Assembly: GCA_038087875.1 (NCBI GenBank) | Contig: CM075988.1 | Span: forward strand, 8,744,001-8,808,000 | Length of the DNA stretch: 64,000 bases | DNA from: Malacoraja senta | Taxonomy: Eukaryota | Direction: 5' to 3' | Shown: one piece after another, positions 48,296-61,560 of the stretch | Layout: each line of letters starts with the position of its first letter | Position numbering within the stretch: the stretch's first letter is position 1 | Notes under the pieces: generated by a model | Databases searched by the model: none | What the model was told of the DNA's origin: nothing | Seen by the model: only the letters and a program-made list of their open reading frames with translations | Made by a program: the position numbers and the translations under genes

Positions 48296-48894
48296 ATCGG
48301 ACAACTATGGATTTAGCACTGAGGTTGCATCATGTACTACGGCTTACACTAGCGTGCTTTGGTTTAACTGATAATTTTATTTGTTGTGTTGTGTTTAATC
48401 TACCTGCAAAGCTGCAGCAAATGAATAATTTCATTGTTCCAGTCCCAATGTATGGGACAATTAAACACACTTAACTACACTCTTGAAATTGATTAATTGA
48501 ACCAAGAGTTTCAAGGACCTCTTCCAAGTCGTACATTTTACATATCCTGAAGGAAGTACATCGTCCTCTAACAGACGGACCAGCTGTTAAAGTCTAAATT
48601 CTCACAATGTACCGACACACGCAAGCTGGTCTGTAAATGACTAAACACATGCACCCAAGATTGACACCATCTCTGATTTACTGCATTATTTACCACTCGC
48701 ACATTCCATTTGGAAGAATAATGTTTATCCATCATTATAAGCCTGTGAAAGGAAGGGGAGAAAAGGAAATGTGTGCACTGCAACAATGTGTGTTAACATT
48801 TTGATTACTTCTCTTTATATTTAGGTTTTCCATCTAATGGTTACGTAAAATTTGCCCAACAGCTATCTATTTGTAAAATAAACAGATCAGCACT

Positions 48895-49415
48895 GTTATA
48901 GAGTCATAGAGACATACAGCACGGAAATAGGCTTCAACCAACTTGTCCATGTCGACCAAAATGCCCCATCTACACTAGTCCCATCTGCCCGTGTTTGGCC
49001 CATATCCTTCTAAACTCCGACACAGACAGTGGCGTAATGGGAGAGTTGGTGCCTCACAGTGCCAGAGACCTGGGTTTGATCCTGACCACAGGTGCTGTCT
49101 GTCCACAGTTTGTATATTCTCCCTGTGACCGTATGGGTTTTCTCTGGGTCCTCTGGTTCCCTCGTACATTCCAATTTAGGTTAATTGGCTTCTGTAAATT
49201 GCCTTTAGTGTGTAGGTTGCGAAAAATGGGATAAAATAGAACTAGTGTACGGGTGATCAAAGGTCAGCGTAGACCTGTTGGGCTAAAGGGCTTGTTTCCA
49301 CACTGTATCTCTAAACCTTTGTGTATCCATGTACCTGTCGAAAAATGTTTTTTTTTAATGTCATCAGGGTACGTGCCTCCACTACCTACTCTGGCAAATT
49401 GTACCATATACCTAC
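48895..49415 (-). mobile_element. CR1 3' tail interrupted by a + strand V-SINE (about 49025-49312)
   Basis: CR1 tail breaks at 'tctaaac' and resumes after the SINE tail 'tatctctaaac'. Confidence 0.75.
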
Positions 49416-49449
49416 CAAATTTAATTGCAATGTTTATATAATGCAATAA

Positions 49450-49643
49450 AAAAGGAACTGCAGGTGTTGGGTTTGTTACACCAAAGCTAGACACAAAGCA
49501 CTGGAGTAACTCAGCGGGTCAGGCTGCATCTCTGGAGAAAATGGATGTCTGAAGAAGGATCCTGACCCGAAACATCACCTATCCATTTTTTCCCAGAGTT
49601 GCTGCATGATCCACTGAGTTACTCCAGCACTTTGTTTCTACCT
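49450..49643. mobile_element. Penelope-derived fold-back element with ~14-bp TSD
   Basis: ttgcaatgtttata (49425-49438) / ttgcaatgtttaca (49644-49657). Confidence 0.8.
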
Positions 49644-50152
49644 TTGCAATGTTTACATGTTCAAATGATCTGAGATAGCTATAAGTGTGTTAGTCACTTT
49701 GTAACTGCCTGCAGCCTTTTAGGTCTTGCCCTGATATAGGGCCATTTTCTTTGCGATTCATTGGTATTGACTGCAGCATCATTCCTGTGTTGGGGAGGAG
49801 TGTTTGCAGCAAGACTGGTCTCTGCATTGGATTCGAGTGACAAAGTGGAGGCATTTACCACTCAAGGTGTGAGCCTTGCAGTGGCGCCCCCTATTTTGAA
49901 GGGGCTGATCACAGGTTGTCCTCCTTGGAGCAGCCAGGTGCATCCAGGTATCAAAACCAATTGGAACCAACTGCTGAGGAATGTCTCCCACTTCCAACTT
50001 TCGTACCCTTCTCTCCCTCACAATCAGTCTGATGAAAGGTCCCAATGCGAATCGTCACCTGTCCATGTTCTCCAGGGATGCTGCCTGACCCGCTGAGCTA
50101 CTCCAGCACTTTGTGTCTCAATTTGGAACTCAGTCTGGATTCCACTCAGTAA

Positions 50153-50864
50153 AGGGCCTGTCCCATGGGCAGGCGACTCCATGCGGCAAGCGCGACCTAA
50201 CCGGAAGCGGGGGCCGTGCGGGGGCCGCACGGAGGTCACGGGGCTGGTCCCACGTAGATCGCCAGAGCCGTATGGAGTTGGTTCCGACACCGCGCGGGGC
50301 TCCGAAAAACTGACACTGTTAAAAAATTCCGCGCAGCAACTGCCTGCCGCCCCGCTGCCGCATCGAGGCTACGCGCACCGCCTCGACGCCGCGTGCACCG
50401 TCTCCGTCAACTCTGGAATTGTTGTGAAGGAAGGAACTGCAGATGCCCATTTACACTGAAGATGGACACACCAAAAATGCTGGAGTAACTCAGTAGATCA
50501 GGCAGCTTCTGTGGACAGGTGGTGTTTCGGGGCGAGACACCTTCTTCAGACTGAATTCTTCTGCAGTCTTCTATGGTCTGAGGAAGGGTCTCGACCCGAA
50601 ACATCACCTACCCGTGTTCACCTACATAAAAACCGAAACATCACCTACCCGTGTTCACCTACATAAAAACCGCTCGAGCTTCCAACGGACTTCGCTCGAA
50701 CTGGACGTCCGCTCACCCCCCGCTTCCGGTAAGGTCGCACTCGCCGCATGGAATTGCATGCCCGTGGGACAGGCCGTACGGTGATCACTCGGCCTCCGCG
50801 CGGCCCCCGCTTCCGGTTAGGTCGCGCTTGCCGCATGGAGTCGCCTGCCCGTGGGACAGGCCCT
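50153..50864. mobile_element. PIF/Harbinger-type MITE, family B (712 bp)
   Basis: Long TIRs AGGGCCTGTCCCATGGGCAGGCGACTCCATGCGGCAAGCGCGACCTAACCGGAAGCGGGGGCCG; flanks TAA/TTA; collinear with 1611-3231. Confidence 0.92.
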
Positions 50865-50867
50865 TTA

Positions 50868-51372
50868 GCATTTAACATCTCCTCCAGTGCCAGAGTGAAG
50901 TCACATGCAAACTGGAGGAACAGCACCTCATATTACACTTGGGTAGTTTACAGCCCAACGGTATGAAATTTATAATCCCCAGTTTTAGATAATACCCCCC
51001 CCTTCTGCCTCCCTTCTCTTTCCGGTTTCTCCTCCCTCACCTCACTGTGCACCCACTATTCCTCCTCTCTTTCTCACCCTGTCCCCTTCCACCTACAGTA
51101 TATCCCTCCCCTTGGCTTTACATTTCACTCCTTTCCTTACCTGACACACTTTTGTTTCCTTTTCATCTGTAGCCTTTGTCCAACCATCTACCAACCAAAG
51201 CCCCCTCACCCACATCCATCTATCACTTGCCAAACTTTGTCCCCCCCCTCTCCTCCCTTCCACCTTTCTTCTACTACAATCTGTCTGAAGAAGGGTCTTG
51301 ATACGAAACGTCACCTATCCATGTCCTCCAAAGATGCTGCCTGACCTGCTGAGTTACTCCAGCATATTTTGT
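50868..51372 (+). mobile_element. Penelope-like (Neptune-type) element 3' end: GIY-YIG C-terminus, 3' UTR, terminal repeat
   Basis: 50879-50992 encodes LLQCQSEVTCKLEEQHLILHLGSLQPNGM..*, resembling the EQHLIFRLGTLQP-G-N end of Penelope/Neptune endonucleases; the UTR runs into 'gtctgaagaagggtc..gaaacgtcacc..gctgagttactccagc'. Confidence 0.8.
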
Positions 51373-51401
51373 TGTACTCAATTATTGGAAAAATTAACTA
51401 A

Positions 51402-52169
51402 TAGCCTGTCCCACTTAAGCGACATTTTAGGCGACCGCACGAGACTATGCATTCGCCACATGGTCGCCACATGTTTGCGGGTGGTTGCCAGGGAGTCGCC
51501 TTCATGGTCGTGAGGAGTTCCCGCATTCTGGGAACTGGTCGCGGCCTCATTATGGTTGCCGCAAATTTTTCAACATCTTGAAAAATTAACGGCGTCTAGA
51601 ATGAAACCGCCATGGCGAGTTGGAAGAATTCTCGTGCCGTAGGTGGTCGTCAGGAGGTCCTAGTGGGTTGCCAGGAGGTCGAAGGTTCTCATAGGTTCTT
51701 GTAGGTTGTGGCTGGTGCTGACCGGTGAATTTCATTTGCTCATTGGGAGAAAAAAGATAAGCAGTAGTTTTCAGAACCAAGGATAACCGACCTGTGATGT
51801 TAAATGTCCGCCGAGCTTCACAGCCGTGTATCTCTGGCTTCTTAAAAGTTGTCTCCACTCCTTCTCCCTCCTTCTCCCCCCTCTTTTAAAGGTCTTAAAG
51901 GCCGTCTTAATTACAGCGCCAGCCTTCCTGTTCATCGCGGTGTGTGTCTGTATCACCTTGGCTTTGCGCCGTGTGAATTTCACTCAGACAGTGCTCCCCC
52001 CCATTTGCCCTGTCCCCTGCCTGCATAACGGGCTAGTGAAGGAAACGATGTGTGTTTGTGTGTTCCACTCTGACAGTCGTTGTTCCAGATGCCGGTTTAA
52101 CAGGCGACTGCCGGCAACTTGACAGTCACCGGCAGTCGCCTGGAAAATCGCCTAAGTGGGACCGGCCCA
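51402..52169. mobile_element. PIF/Harbinger-type MITE, family A-related (768 bp)
   Basis: Termini ..GCCTGTCCCACTTAAGCGACATTT / AAAATCGCCTAAGTGGGACCGGCCCA; TAA on both sides. Confidence 0.8.
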
Positions 52170-52854
52170 TAAAGCTTTCACTGCATAGTTGAAAATTCTG
52201 ATTAGCTGCTTATGTTGTCACTGTATCTGGGATAATAACGCTATGTCTTTTTTGGTCCATTCGCCATCCAGAATTTCCATATAAAGTGATTTGGTTTGAG
52301 GCAGTGTGCTGATATTTAGTTTGGACCCCTTCCATTTATACAGAATTACTCCATGCCCTTTTACAGGGGGTAGTGATCTAACTCATTGGAACAATATATA
52401 AAAAAAGGAGTGAAAATCAACAAAAAGGCTTCAGACACTAGAAATCTGCAATAACAACAGAAAACGCTGGAAATATTAAATGTGCCAGAGAGCTGAGTGT
52501 TTCCAGAATTTTCTGTTATCAGAAAAGACTTTCCAAACTACAGGGTAACAGAATGGTGGAGACTGATATTCAGACTTATTCCTCCGTTTCATTTCAAGTA
52601 GTCAAGGCTTTTACTGAAGTATCATCTTACAAATAGACCTGTGATTTGTTGAACCTGGAATATTGTGGCAGAGTAGAACCGAATATAGAACATAGAATCT
52701 ATAACAATACAATGTGTTGGAAGGAACTGCAGATGCTAGTTTCAACCGAAGATGGACCCAAAAAGTTGGAGTACCTCGAAGGAACTGCAGATGCTGGTTT
52801 AAACCAAAGATAGAGACAAAAAGTCTTATGAGTTTCTCCAGCTTTTTGTGTCTA

Positions 52855-53345
52855 TAGAAAGAGACGGCACAGGAGCGGGCCCTTCGGCCCACAATGTTTG
52901 CGCCAACATGTTGCCAAGTTAAACTGATCCCTTCTGCCTGTACATGATTCATATCTCACTATTCCTTGCATTTCCCTGTACCTGGCTGAAAGCCTCTCAA
53001 ACACCACTATCATATCTGCCTCGACCATCACCCCTGGCAGTGCTTCCCAGGCACCCACAACTCTCTGTGTAAAATCTTAAAGCTATGCGTCCTTGTCTTG
53101 ACATTTGCACTCTGAGAAAATGGCTATCCTATCTCTATGCCTCTCTTCATGTTGTGCACCTCTATCAGGTCTCCTCTCAGCATCCAGTGCTCCAGAGAAA
53201 GCAATTCAAGTTCATCCAACCTGTACTTGTAGCAATCCAGGCAGCCTTCTGCTAAACCTCTTCTGCACCCTCACCAAAGCCTCCACATCCTTCCTGTAAT
53301 GGGGTGACCAGAACTGCACACAATACTCCAAACATGGCCTAAGGT
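52855..53345 (-). mobile_element. CR1 LINE 3' fragment
   Basis: Antisense 'LEYCVQFWSPHYRKDVEALVRVQKRF' region and 3' UTR. Confidence 0.85.
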
Positions 53346-53354
53346 AAAGTCCAA

Positions 53355-53810
53355 GAAAGCTGCAGAAGTGACTTCCCAGAAGTGACTTCCCAGAAGATCA
53401 TCGGCTGCCCTCTCCTCACCTTGAAGGACCTATACAGTTCCCACTGTCTCAAAAAATCCAAGAAGATTATAAAGGACATTTTCCACCCTGGTCACTCCCT
53501 GTTTGTACTGTTGCCGTCAGGCAGACGGTACAGATCAATGAGGACAAGGACAAACAGACTCAAAAACATTTTTTATCCCACAGCAATAAATACACTTAAT
53601 GTAGCCACCAAATGAGTACAGGTGCGCTACACACCAAAGGGACTGGGAAATCAACAGAAGAATGTGTTTTTTCATGTTATTTATTTTAGTTGTTTATCTT
53701 AGACTTTTGCGCTAAGAAAATGTGTGCACTGACTGGTTGGCATTTCTAATTTCGTTGTATGTGTTTACATGTTATAATGAGAATAAAGTATTCATTCATT
53801 CATTCATTCA
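53355..53810 (+). mobile_element. Rex1/Babar 3' fragment with (ATTC)n tail
   Basis: SQKIIGCPLLTLKDLYSSHCLKK..IIKDIFHPGHSLFVLLPSGRRYRSMRTRTNRLKNIFYPTAI; AATAAA then ttcattcattca. Confidence 0.88.
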
Positions 53811-53889
53811 TACTCTTACACTTAATGCCCATGGAGGAAGGCAAGCAAAGAAGGTGTAAGCCTTCTTTATCTCTATCTAAATGTTTTTT

Positions 53890-54178
53890 GTTTTAGAGAT
53901 ACAGCGTGGAAACAGGCCCTTCGGCCCTCCGAGTCTGCGCTGACCAACGACCATCATACACTCGCACTATCCTACACACTAGGGACAATTTACTATTTTT
54001 ATCAAAGCCATTTAACCTATAGCATCTTTGGAGTGTGGGAGGAAACTGGAGCATCTGGGGAGAACCTTTGCAGTTACAGGGAGAACGTACAAACACTGTA
54101 CTGATAGCACCCATAGTCAGGATCGAACCCGGTGCTGTAAGGGCAGCAACTCTACCGCTGCACCACGGTGCCGCCCCA
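53890..54178 (-). mobile_element. HE1-like V-SINE
   Basis: Antisense full copy. Confidence 0.88.
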
Positions 54179-55074
54179 AATGTGTTGCCACTTTCAAGGG
54201 GCTATTGAACTCGATCCCGAGATCGCTCCGTACATGTGACCAAAACAGCAAATCTGCTCAAAATGATGTTGCTGTTTTGTCAGAGCTTGATGCAAATTAA
54301 CTGCTGTCTTGAGATGGCAGTATGTGATTCTTTAGATGTCATAGCTTCAGTTTTTTGTCATCTCCCATGGGAAATGGCAGCCAAAGCTGCTCTGCTCAGT
54401 CTGTTACGGGGATCATGAACTCACAACCTTGTGATGCTGAGGGCAGAGTGTTCCCACAGTGGGGAAGAGATGTAACCCACTGACCAGTTTCCCAAACAGA
54501 CAGAAACAAAGGAAAAGAAACAAATTAAGACTTCTTTCCCGACTTTCCCCGCAGTTGCTAGTAATTGACTGTGTTGGATTGATAGCGATTGAGCTGAGTG
54601 CTGCGAAATTGTTAACCATGCAGGCAAATGTGGAGGTTAAAGATTTAAAAACCACTTATCCACACTCCCTATAATGTTTCCTGCAGAGCTCACTGTTACT
54701 GCCTGACCTGTGGAATTAACACTGTTTGTTTGGACTTCTGTTGATTTGATCTTTTTAAGATCTGCTTATCTCCTGTTGGCAGCTCTTCCTGCCATTGCAA
54801 GTTACACTGCAGAAAAATATAGACCTAGCTGAATGTAGCAATTTAAAGGATACAGCTGCTTCCTTGTGATAAACTAAAAGGAGTGCGAAAAGGAGACACA
54901 AGATATATTTGCATTTATCACAACCCTGTTTAACCTAACGTGCTACCGTTTCTAACTCTGAATTAAGATCTTTGAATGTATAAAATGGAATTTAAAGTGT
55001 TAAGAACAGTTTGTGAATGTATAATAAGACTCTATTCATCACAATATGAAAGTTTTTGGTAACATTGGTCATCT

Positions 55075-55365
55075 GTGCTGGCATAGTGGCGCAATGGTAG
55101 AGTTGCTGCCTTATAGCGCCAGAGACCCAGGTTCGATCCTGACTATGGGTGCTGTCTGTACAGAGTTTGTACATTCTCCCTGTAACTCCGTGGGTTTTCT
55201 CAGGGTGCTCCGGTTTCCTTCCACATTCTAAAGACGTGCAGGTTCATAGGTTAATTGGCTTCTGCAAATTGTGCCTAGTGTGTGGGGTAGAAGTATTGTA
55301 CGGATGATCGTTGGTCCGTGGGCTGAAGGGCCTCTCTCAACGCTGTATCTCTAAACTAAACTGAA
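55075..55365 (+). mobile_element. HE1-like V-SINE
   Basis: A and B boxes, V-domain, (TAAAC)n tail. Confidence 0.9.
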
Positions 55366-56774
55366 ATCAAGTATGATGGCCTTTCTAGGTGGGACCAGTT
55401 TGAAGAAAGGTCCCGACCCGAATTCTCGACTGTCCATGTCTTCCACAGATTCTGCTTGACCCACTGAGTTACTCCAGCACTTTGTGTTGAAGTTTGCAAG
55501 ACTTTGCTAATACTCAATGAGTGCAACTCCCTAATGAAGGGTCCCAGACCTGAAGCATTGACAGTTTTACTCTGTTCACAGATGTGCCATGATCTCCTGG
55601 ATGTTCATAGTATTTTCAGTTTGTATTCATTTCCATTCATTTTCATTCCTTGATGAATCAGTCGACGAAGGGACTGGCCGTTGAGCCGGTTCATGTTGGA
55701 TAGTTCGCCCAATGACCTCAGCAATACTCGAGTCTTTTCTCTTAACATCAGTTAAAAGAGTTAAAATTTGAAAGTTGATGACTTTCGTGAGAATTATTCT
55801 CCCAATACCAGCTGAGAGACTCGTGCAATACCACATTTAGTGGTTGTAGTCAAATCAAACATCAGAGGAACATTTTTTATGGAATATTCTTAAATCACAG
55901 GATGCCTATTCTTGACTGGATTCTTAACACTCATTTCCATATGGTTACTCTGACCTTCAGCACAAAATTTGGACTTACCACTTCAAAAGATTCAACAGGG
56001 AGGGGAAATCATTATTGGATGAATTAAATCCAAGGTGTGGTTAACCTGGAAATGAATGTTTATTTGCGATGAACTGGTAAAGGAAATGTATCCCTTGCAG
56101 TTTGGAAGGGAAATTGGAGGTCGATTCTTGCAGTGAAATTACTCTGAAGTCAATTGGAGGTTGTGGGAGGATTTGAGAATGAACCAGAAGTAAGATTAAA
56201 TTAGATTGCTCTTGGAATAATGGCCTTCAATTTGCTCAGAGAATGCTGTGGGCACCAGAAAAGATTGAAAAGGTTGAGGTTCTTCTTTTGAGAGGAGTGG
56301 GGTACAGAGTGACCTAACGGGACTGAGTGACATTTTCTATGTATGTATGTGTATGTTTCGATGTTATCCTGACATCCACCATCTGACATCATGGTGTCTC
56401 TCTTCTTCCTAATGTACAATGTCATGGGTTAAATTGAAGTGGTGTTTCTGCAATAATGCTTATCTGTAAATAAATGAGTTTTACTTATTCCGGGACGAGT
56501 TCAATTATTATTGTTGAGGAAGTTTCTCAGTTATTATTAGAAGGATAATCCATCAAATGGTGTAGAAAAGAAACAACCTCTGGGAGGGAAGGGAAGTGAG
56601 AGGTTAGCAGTGACCGATTGATTTTGGAAATGCATTAGGGATAGAGAAGCTAATGAATATAAAAGTCGATAACCTTCAAACCCCCAAGGGCAGTCAATTG
56701 TGAGGCTCTGCTCTCCACGTAGTGCAATATAGGACAGTCTTTGCAATAAATATAGTGGACTTGTGTACTCGGGA

Positions 56775-56940
56775 GTTAGGTTTAGCTCTTAGGGCTAACG
56801 GATTGAAGGGATGTGGGGAGAAAGCAGGAACAGGGTACTGAATCTGCATGATCAGCCATGATCATATTGGATGGCGGTGCTGGCTCGAAGGGCCGAAGGG
56901 CAGAATGGCCTACTCCTGCACCTATTTTCTACGTTTCTGT
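56775..56940 (+). mobile_element. CR1 3' tail
   Basis: 'gatcagccatgatcatattggatggcggtgctggctcgaagggccgaa..tggcctactcctgcacct'. Confidence 0.8.
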
Positions 56941-57944
56941 GTTTCTATTTATATGGAAGTGTGAAGTGAGATGGCAAAGTTTGGCCCAGAATGTCTCTCC
57001 ACCCTGGCTTTCTATGGGCCTTATGCGGAAGGCAATCATGGTTTTCTATTATGGAGAAGCTGTGGCTGGACAGCAGTGGATTACATGGAAACAGCCCCTA
57101 TGTGCAGCAAATCCTGCACCATCTAACAAGTACACATTTCCTCAAACCTTAACTAACCCCAATGCATTGTGCCCACATTCTCATCCATACCACGAAGGTT
57201 CAACATCCACCTACACCAGGGACAGCACTGCCCAATTAACCTACCTACTTGCCTCCATCCACCTACTTAACCTACCCACTTAATATGTGGTCAGAACTGA
57301 TGCACACGGAGGAAACCCAAGCAATCAAAGGGAGAATGTGCAAACTCCTCTCAGACAGCACCAGAGGTCAAGATTGAACCCAGGCCACAGGAGCTGTGAG
57401 GCCACAGCTCTGCTTGCTGCAACGCCCTGTTGAGGGTTGTTGGAATGACAAGGGGGCGACGCTTCCTATTCTCAGCGTGTTTATGGCCTCAGTTAAAGTT
57501 CTCCAGGTGAAAGTGGGGAGGGAGTTGACGCAGCCGAGAATTCAGGTGTGGACAAAATAAACATGGCTGGAAGAAGCTGCTTGGCGTGGATCTAATTAGG
57601 AACCTCGAGCTGGCTTGATCATCAGGCAGTTGTGATATTTCCACCACACCAGTCTTACATGCGAGACACCATGAATGTATCTATCCCTCTGTGCAATTGA
57701 AGTCTGCCCTGTGATTCCAGTGAGAGAGTTGACGAAGTGTGTACTGGGTCACACAATCCCAGAGCAACGTCTTGCATTGCACTGTTCTTGGGTACCATGC
57801 AGTGTTGGCAGGGTGCCTGGTGCTTCGATTTTGGGTTAAGAAATGGTTTAAAATAACAAACCTGCTTCAAACCTGCTGCATTATGGTTCCATTTTAGTAC
57901 ATATGACAATTAAACTGTCTTGACTTGAAACTTGACTTGAGATT

Positions 57945-58410
57945 TCACCTGACCCGTTGAGTTACTCCAGCACTGTGTATCTTTTTTTTAGTATGAATAT
58001 TGAATTCACCAATTTTAAGTAACACCACCCCAATCCTTTTTTCCCCCTCCCTCCCCCAGCAGAGCACGCATTTCTCCCACTATCCGAGAATTCAGGTGTG
58101 GACAAAATAAACACCCTGCTTTCCCCTTCCACCTACAGTATATCCCTTCCTCTAGTTTCACATTTCACTCCTCATCGTTCACCATTTTGTCTTCTATTCA
58201 TCTCTAGCCTTGGTCCAGCTATATTCCAATCACCCCCCCCCCCTCACCTCTATCCACCTATCATTTGTCAGGCTTTGTCCCACACCCACTTTTTCTCCTG
58301 TTTTCTCTTCTCTACTACAATCAGTCTGAAGAAGGGTCCCAACCAGAATCGTCATCTAACCATGTCCTCTACAGATGCTGCCTGACCCACTGAGTTACTG
58401 CAGCATGCTG
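57945..58410 (+). mobile_element. Penelope/Neptune 3' end (last codons MNIEFTNFK*, UTR, terminal repeat)
   Basis: 57993-58022 ORF end; UTR homologous to 51000-51372; preceded by a same-orientation piece of the terminal repeat. Confidence 0.75.
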
Positions 58411-59569
58411 TGTGAGTGTGTTTTTTTAAAATGGTAATGGACTGTTTGGCTCCTTCCTATCCTCAAAAACGCACAGGGTTTCAGCAGTCAGCTTTCCTAT
58501 AGTTGCATTTTGCTGCACTAAATGCTGATACGTATTGTACTTGAATTTGAATTGATGACAACTAAATGAATGCAATTGCTGCCTGTTTTCCTGCCCTTGC
58601 TATCAATTGGCTCATCAGGGCAGGGTTTTGTTTTTTTTACAGGAAATGAGTTGAGTTACTCTTCCTGTGAAAAAGATAAAGTAGATTAAAGATTAATTTA
58701 TTTTAACTCCTCAGAAGGTTATAAAAAGAACAGTGATAAACCCAGTATTTTGTAAACCTTCTTAATCTCAGCGGTGGAGAAAGTTGTGGAAACAACCGTA
58801 GACTATGTTCGCACTGCAGATTGATTAGAAAAAGTGGCATGGATTTAGTAACGGGCAAATAATGGCTAACCAATAAACTTCTGGACATAACAGAGAGGAT
58901 CGATGGAGGAAATGTGCTTGGTGTGATAGTGTATGGATTTCCAATTTGAACTTGATAAAATACCAATGGCAGATATCGTCAAGTTCGAAAGCAATAAAAT
59001 AAAAGAGGCTGTAGCGACATTGGTCAAATATTGGCAAAGTAATAGGAATAATAGGGAAAAGTGTTGCTATTAGACAGATGTGTATAGCAGCGTACCTCCC
59101 GGTCAATAATAAACCCACGGTTTTTATATGTTAAACGACACAAAGTGCTGGAGTAACTCAATGGCTCAGACAACATCTTTGCAGAATATGAAAGTTACAT
59201 TTAGGTCCAGACCCTTCTTGAGACTCAATATTAATATCTTAACTTGGGAGCATAAGGCTTTATTTCCAAATTTTCACGAAACACGTGATAAGTGTGAACC
59301 GTGAGGAGGACAGTTTTAGAAACCCACAGGGAGATTAACGGTATGGATTGTCAGATTGAAATTTAGTACTGAAAAATGGGAAAATTATGTTTCGATCGGG
59401 GGAAATAGAAGATGCAATATGAACTAGGGGACCATTTCCTAGTGTGTGTGAATGCATACAGCTCATGTTAAGTGGCTGGAAAGACTGAGAAAGTGGGTAA
59501 AATACATGCAGCTGTTTGGACTTTCAAATAGAAGCAAAAAGTGCAAAAGCAGGAAAACCAATAGTGTTT

Positions 59570-59920
59570 AATTATCACATGGCCTGAACCAGAACAATGA
59601 TGTTCTTACTTGCTGCCGCTTTACAGGCATATTAACGCAACAACACAACAAATAAATATGTAATAAACAATAATACAATAAATTATCATTACATAAACAG
59701 ACCATAACAGTGCAAATTGATACCTTAATGATAAGTAGGGGTTGGGCGTGTTGAGGTTGGGTTGTGCACGGTGGTTCAAGAGCCTGATGGCTGAAGGGCA
59801 GAAGATGTTCTTGAACTTGGAGATAAGCAGCTGTGTGCATGGCCAGGGTGGTGTGGGTTTTTGACTCTATTAGCTGACTTTCTGTTTAACCCTTCATCGG
59901 TGGGGAAGTCAATATTCATC
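59570..59920 (-). mobile_element. Rex1/Babar 3' fragment
   Basis: Antisense 'KFKNIFCPSAIRLLN' and UTR. Confidence 0.7.
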
Positions 59921-59937
59921 CAATGTCCACTACTTTA

Positions 59938-60225
59938 TTTTTAGTTTAGTTTAGAGATACATGGCATGGAAACAGGCCCTTTGGCCCACCAAGTCCGCAC
60001 TGACTTGCGATCCCCACGCACTAACACTTGCCTACACACATTAGGGACAATTTTACAATTTTGCAAAGCCAATTAACTTACAAACCCGTACGTCTTCGGA
60101 GTGTGGGAGGAAACCAGAGCTCCCGGAGAAAACCCACGCAGGTCACGGGGAGAACGTATAAACTCCGTACAGACAGCACCAGAGGTCACGATCGAGCCTG
60201 GGTCTCTAAGCAGCAACTCTACCAC
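59938..60225 (-). mobile_element. HE1-like V-SINE followed by a Penelope arm (60225-60350)
   Basis: Antisense V-domain and (TAAAC)n tail. Confidence 0.85.
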
Positions 60226-61357
60226 TGGTCTGAAGAAGGGCTGCGACCTGAAATGTAGTCTATCTATTTCCCTCCACAGATGCTGCCTGAACCATTGAGT
60301 TCCTCCACCAATTTGTTTTTTGCTCAAGATTCTGGAGTTTGCGGTGTCCTGTTGTGTTGTAACCATTTTTGTGATTCTGTGATTAGTGGATGGTCCGGAT
60401 TAATCCCAAGTCAAATCCACTGGAAGCTGCTAGTTAGAAGCACAGATGTGTTGTGTTGACTGACCTGAGTTCACCTGACAGTAGAGTTTGTGAGGTGGGT
60501 GTCTGGATGCCCTGACTCAGACTGGGGAATGAAAACGTCAGCCTTTTTTAATTGTTGATCCTTATCCAATTACACTTGTACTTGGAGGGCTGGGAGACAT
60601 TCATTATGTTCCAACCCAACACGAGTTAGGACATTCAAAAGTAAACCAGATGAGAGAATATCTTCCCACACGTGGCAGCATACATTTGAAAGAATAGAGA
60701 TTTTATGGATACAATAGATATTTGTAGGATTGCTTTCTTGCAATGTGCATGGTTTGCACGAGGTTTTTATAGTCCTGTCTATTTAGTTATATTTAACCTG
60801 AAGCATTAACTGTCAACCACCATAAGATTATTTGTATATCAGTACTCATATTTGAAATCTCTAATCTTTTATGAGACAACTTTGTTCAAACTTTACCTCA
60901 GGCCATAAAGTACATTAATCACTAATTTTTGTGTTAACCTTCATAAACTAAAAATGACAGAGATGTTTCCTCTGGCTGCATTTATTGTGGTTTGTTGCTG
61001 GTGCATTGGAACCGAGATATAACATGCCCTCCAGATCATGAGTTTCATTATTAGAACCATGAACAAGATCATGTTACCAGTCCCCATTTTACACATAGGC
61101 AGACTGCTTGTTAGATTGTAAGGACCGAGGAGCTCCTAGCTCCTAGGCCTTTCTCGGCTCTGACTGGGACTCCACGTTGAATTGAAGATGAGTGAAGCAA
61201 GTGCAGAAATATCTGTTGGAGGAAGTCACTTGCTCATAGACAACCATCAGCAACTTGCTACTGCAATTTTAACAGGTGTTCATCCTTCCAAGTATAAGGA
61301 TTCAAAAAAATGCAGCTACTGGTTTACCTAATGCAACATGGCCTTTCCTGTAAAGAT

Positions 61358-61560
61358 AGGCTGGTACAATGGCGCAGCTGGTAGAGCTACTGCTTCACAG
61401 CACCACAGACCCCAGATCAACCCTGACCTCGGGCGCTGTCTGTGTGGAGTTTGCTCGTTCTCCCTGTGACTGCGTTGGTTTTGGCTGGATGATCTGCTTT
61501 CCTCCCATATCCCAAGGACGTGCAGGTTTGTTGGTTAATTGACCTGTAAATTGCTCCTAG
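61358..61560 (+). mobile_element. HE1-like V-SINE, 3' truncated
   Basis: Head and V-domain. Confidence 0.75.

Noticed and set aside
55627..55836. Minus-strand peptide faintly like a GIY-YIG C-terminus
   Set aside because: Similarity too weak to support without a profile search.
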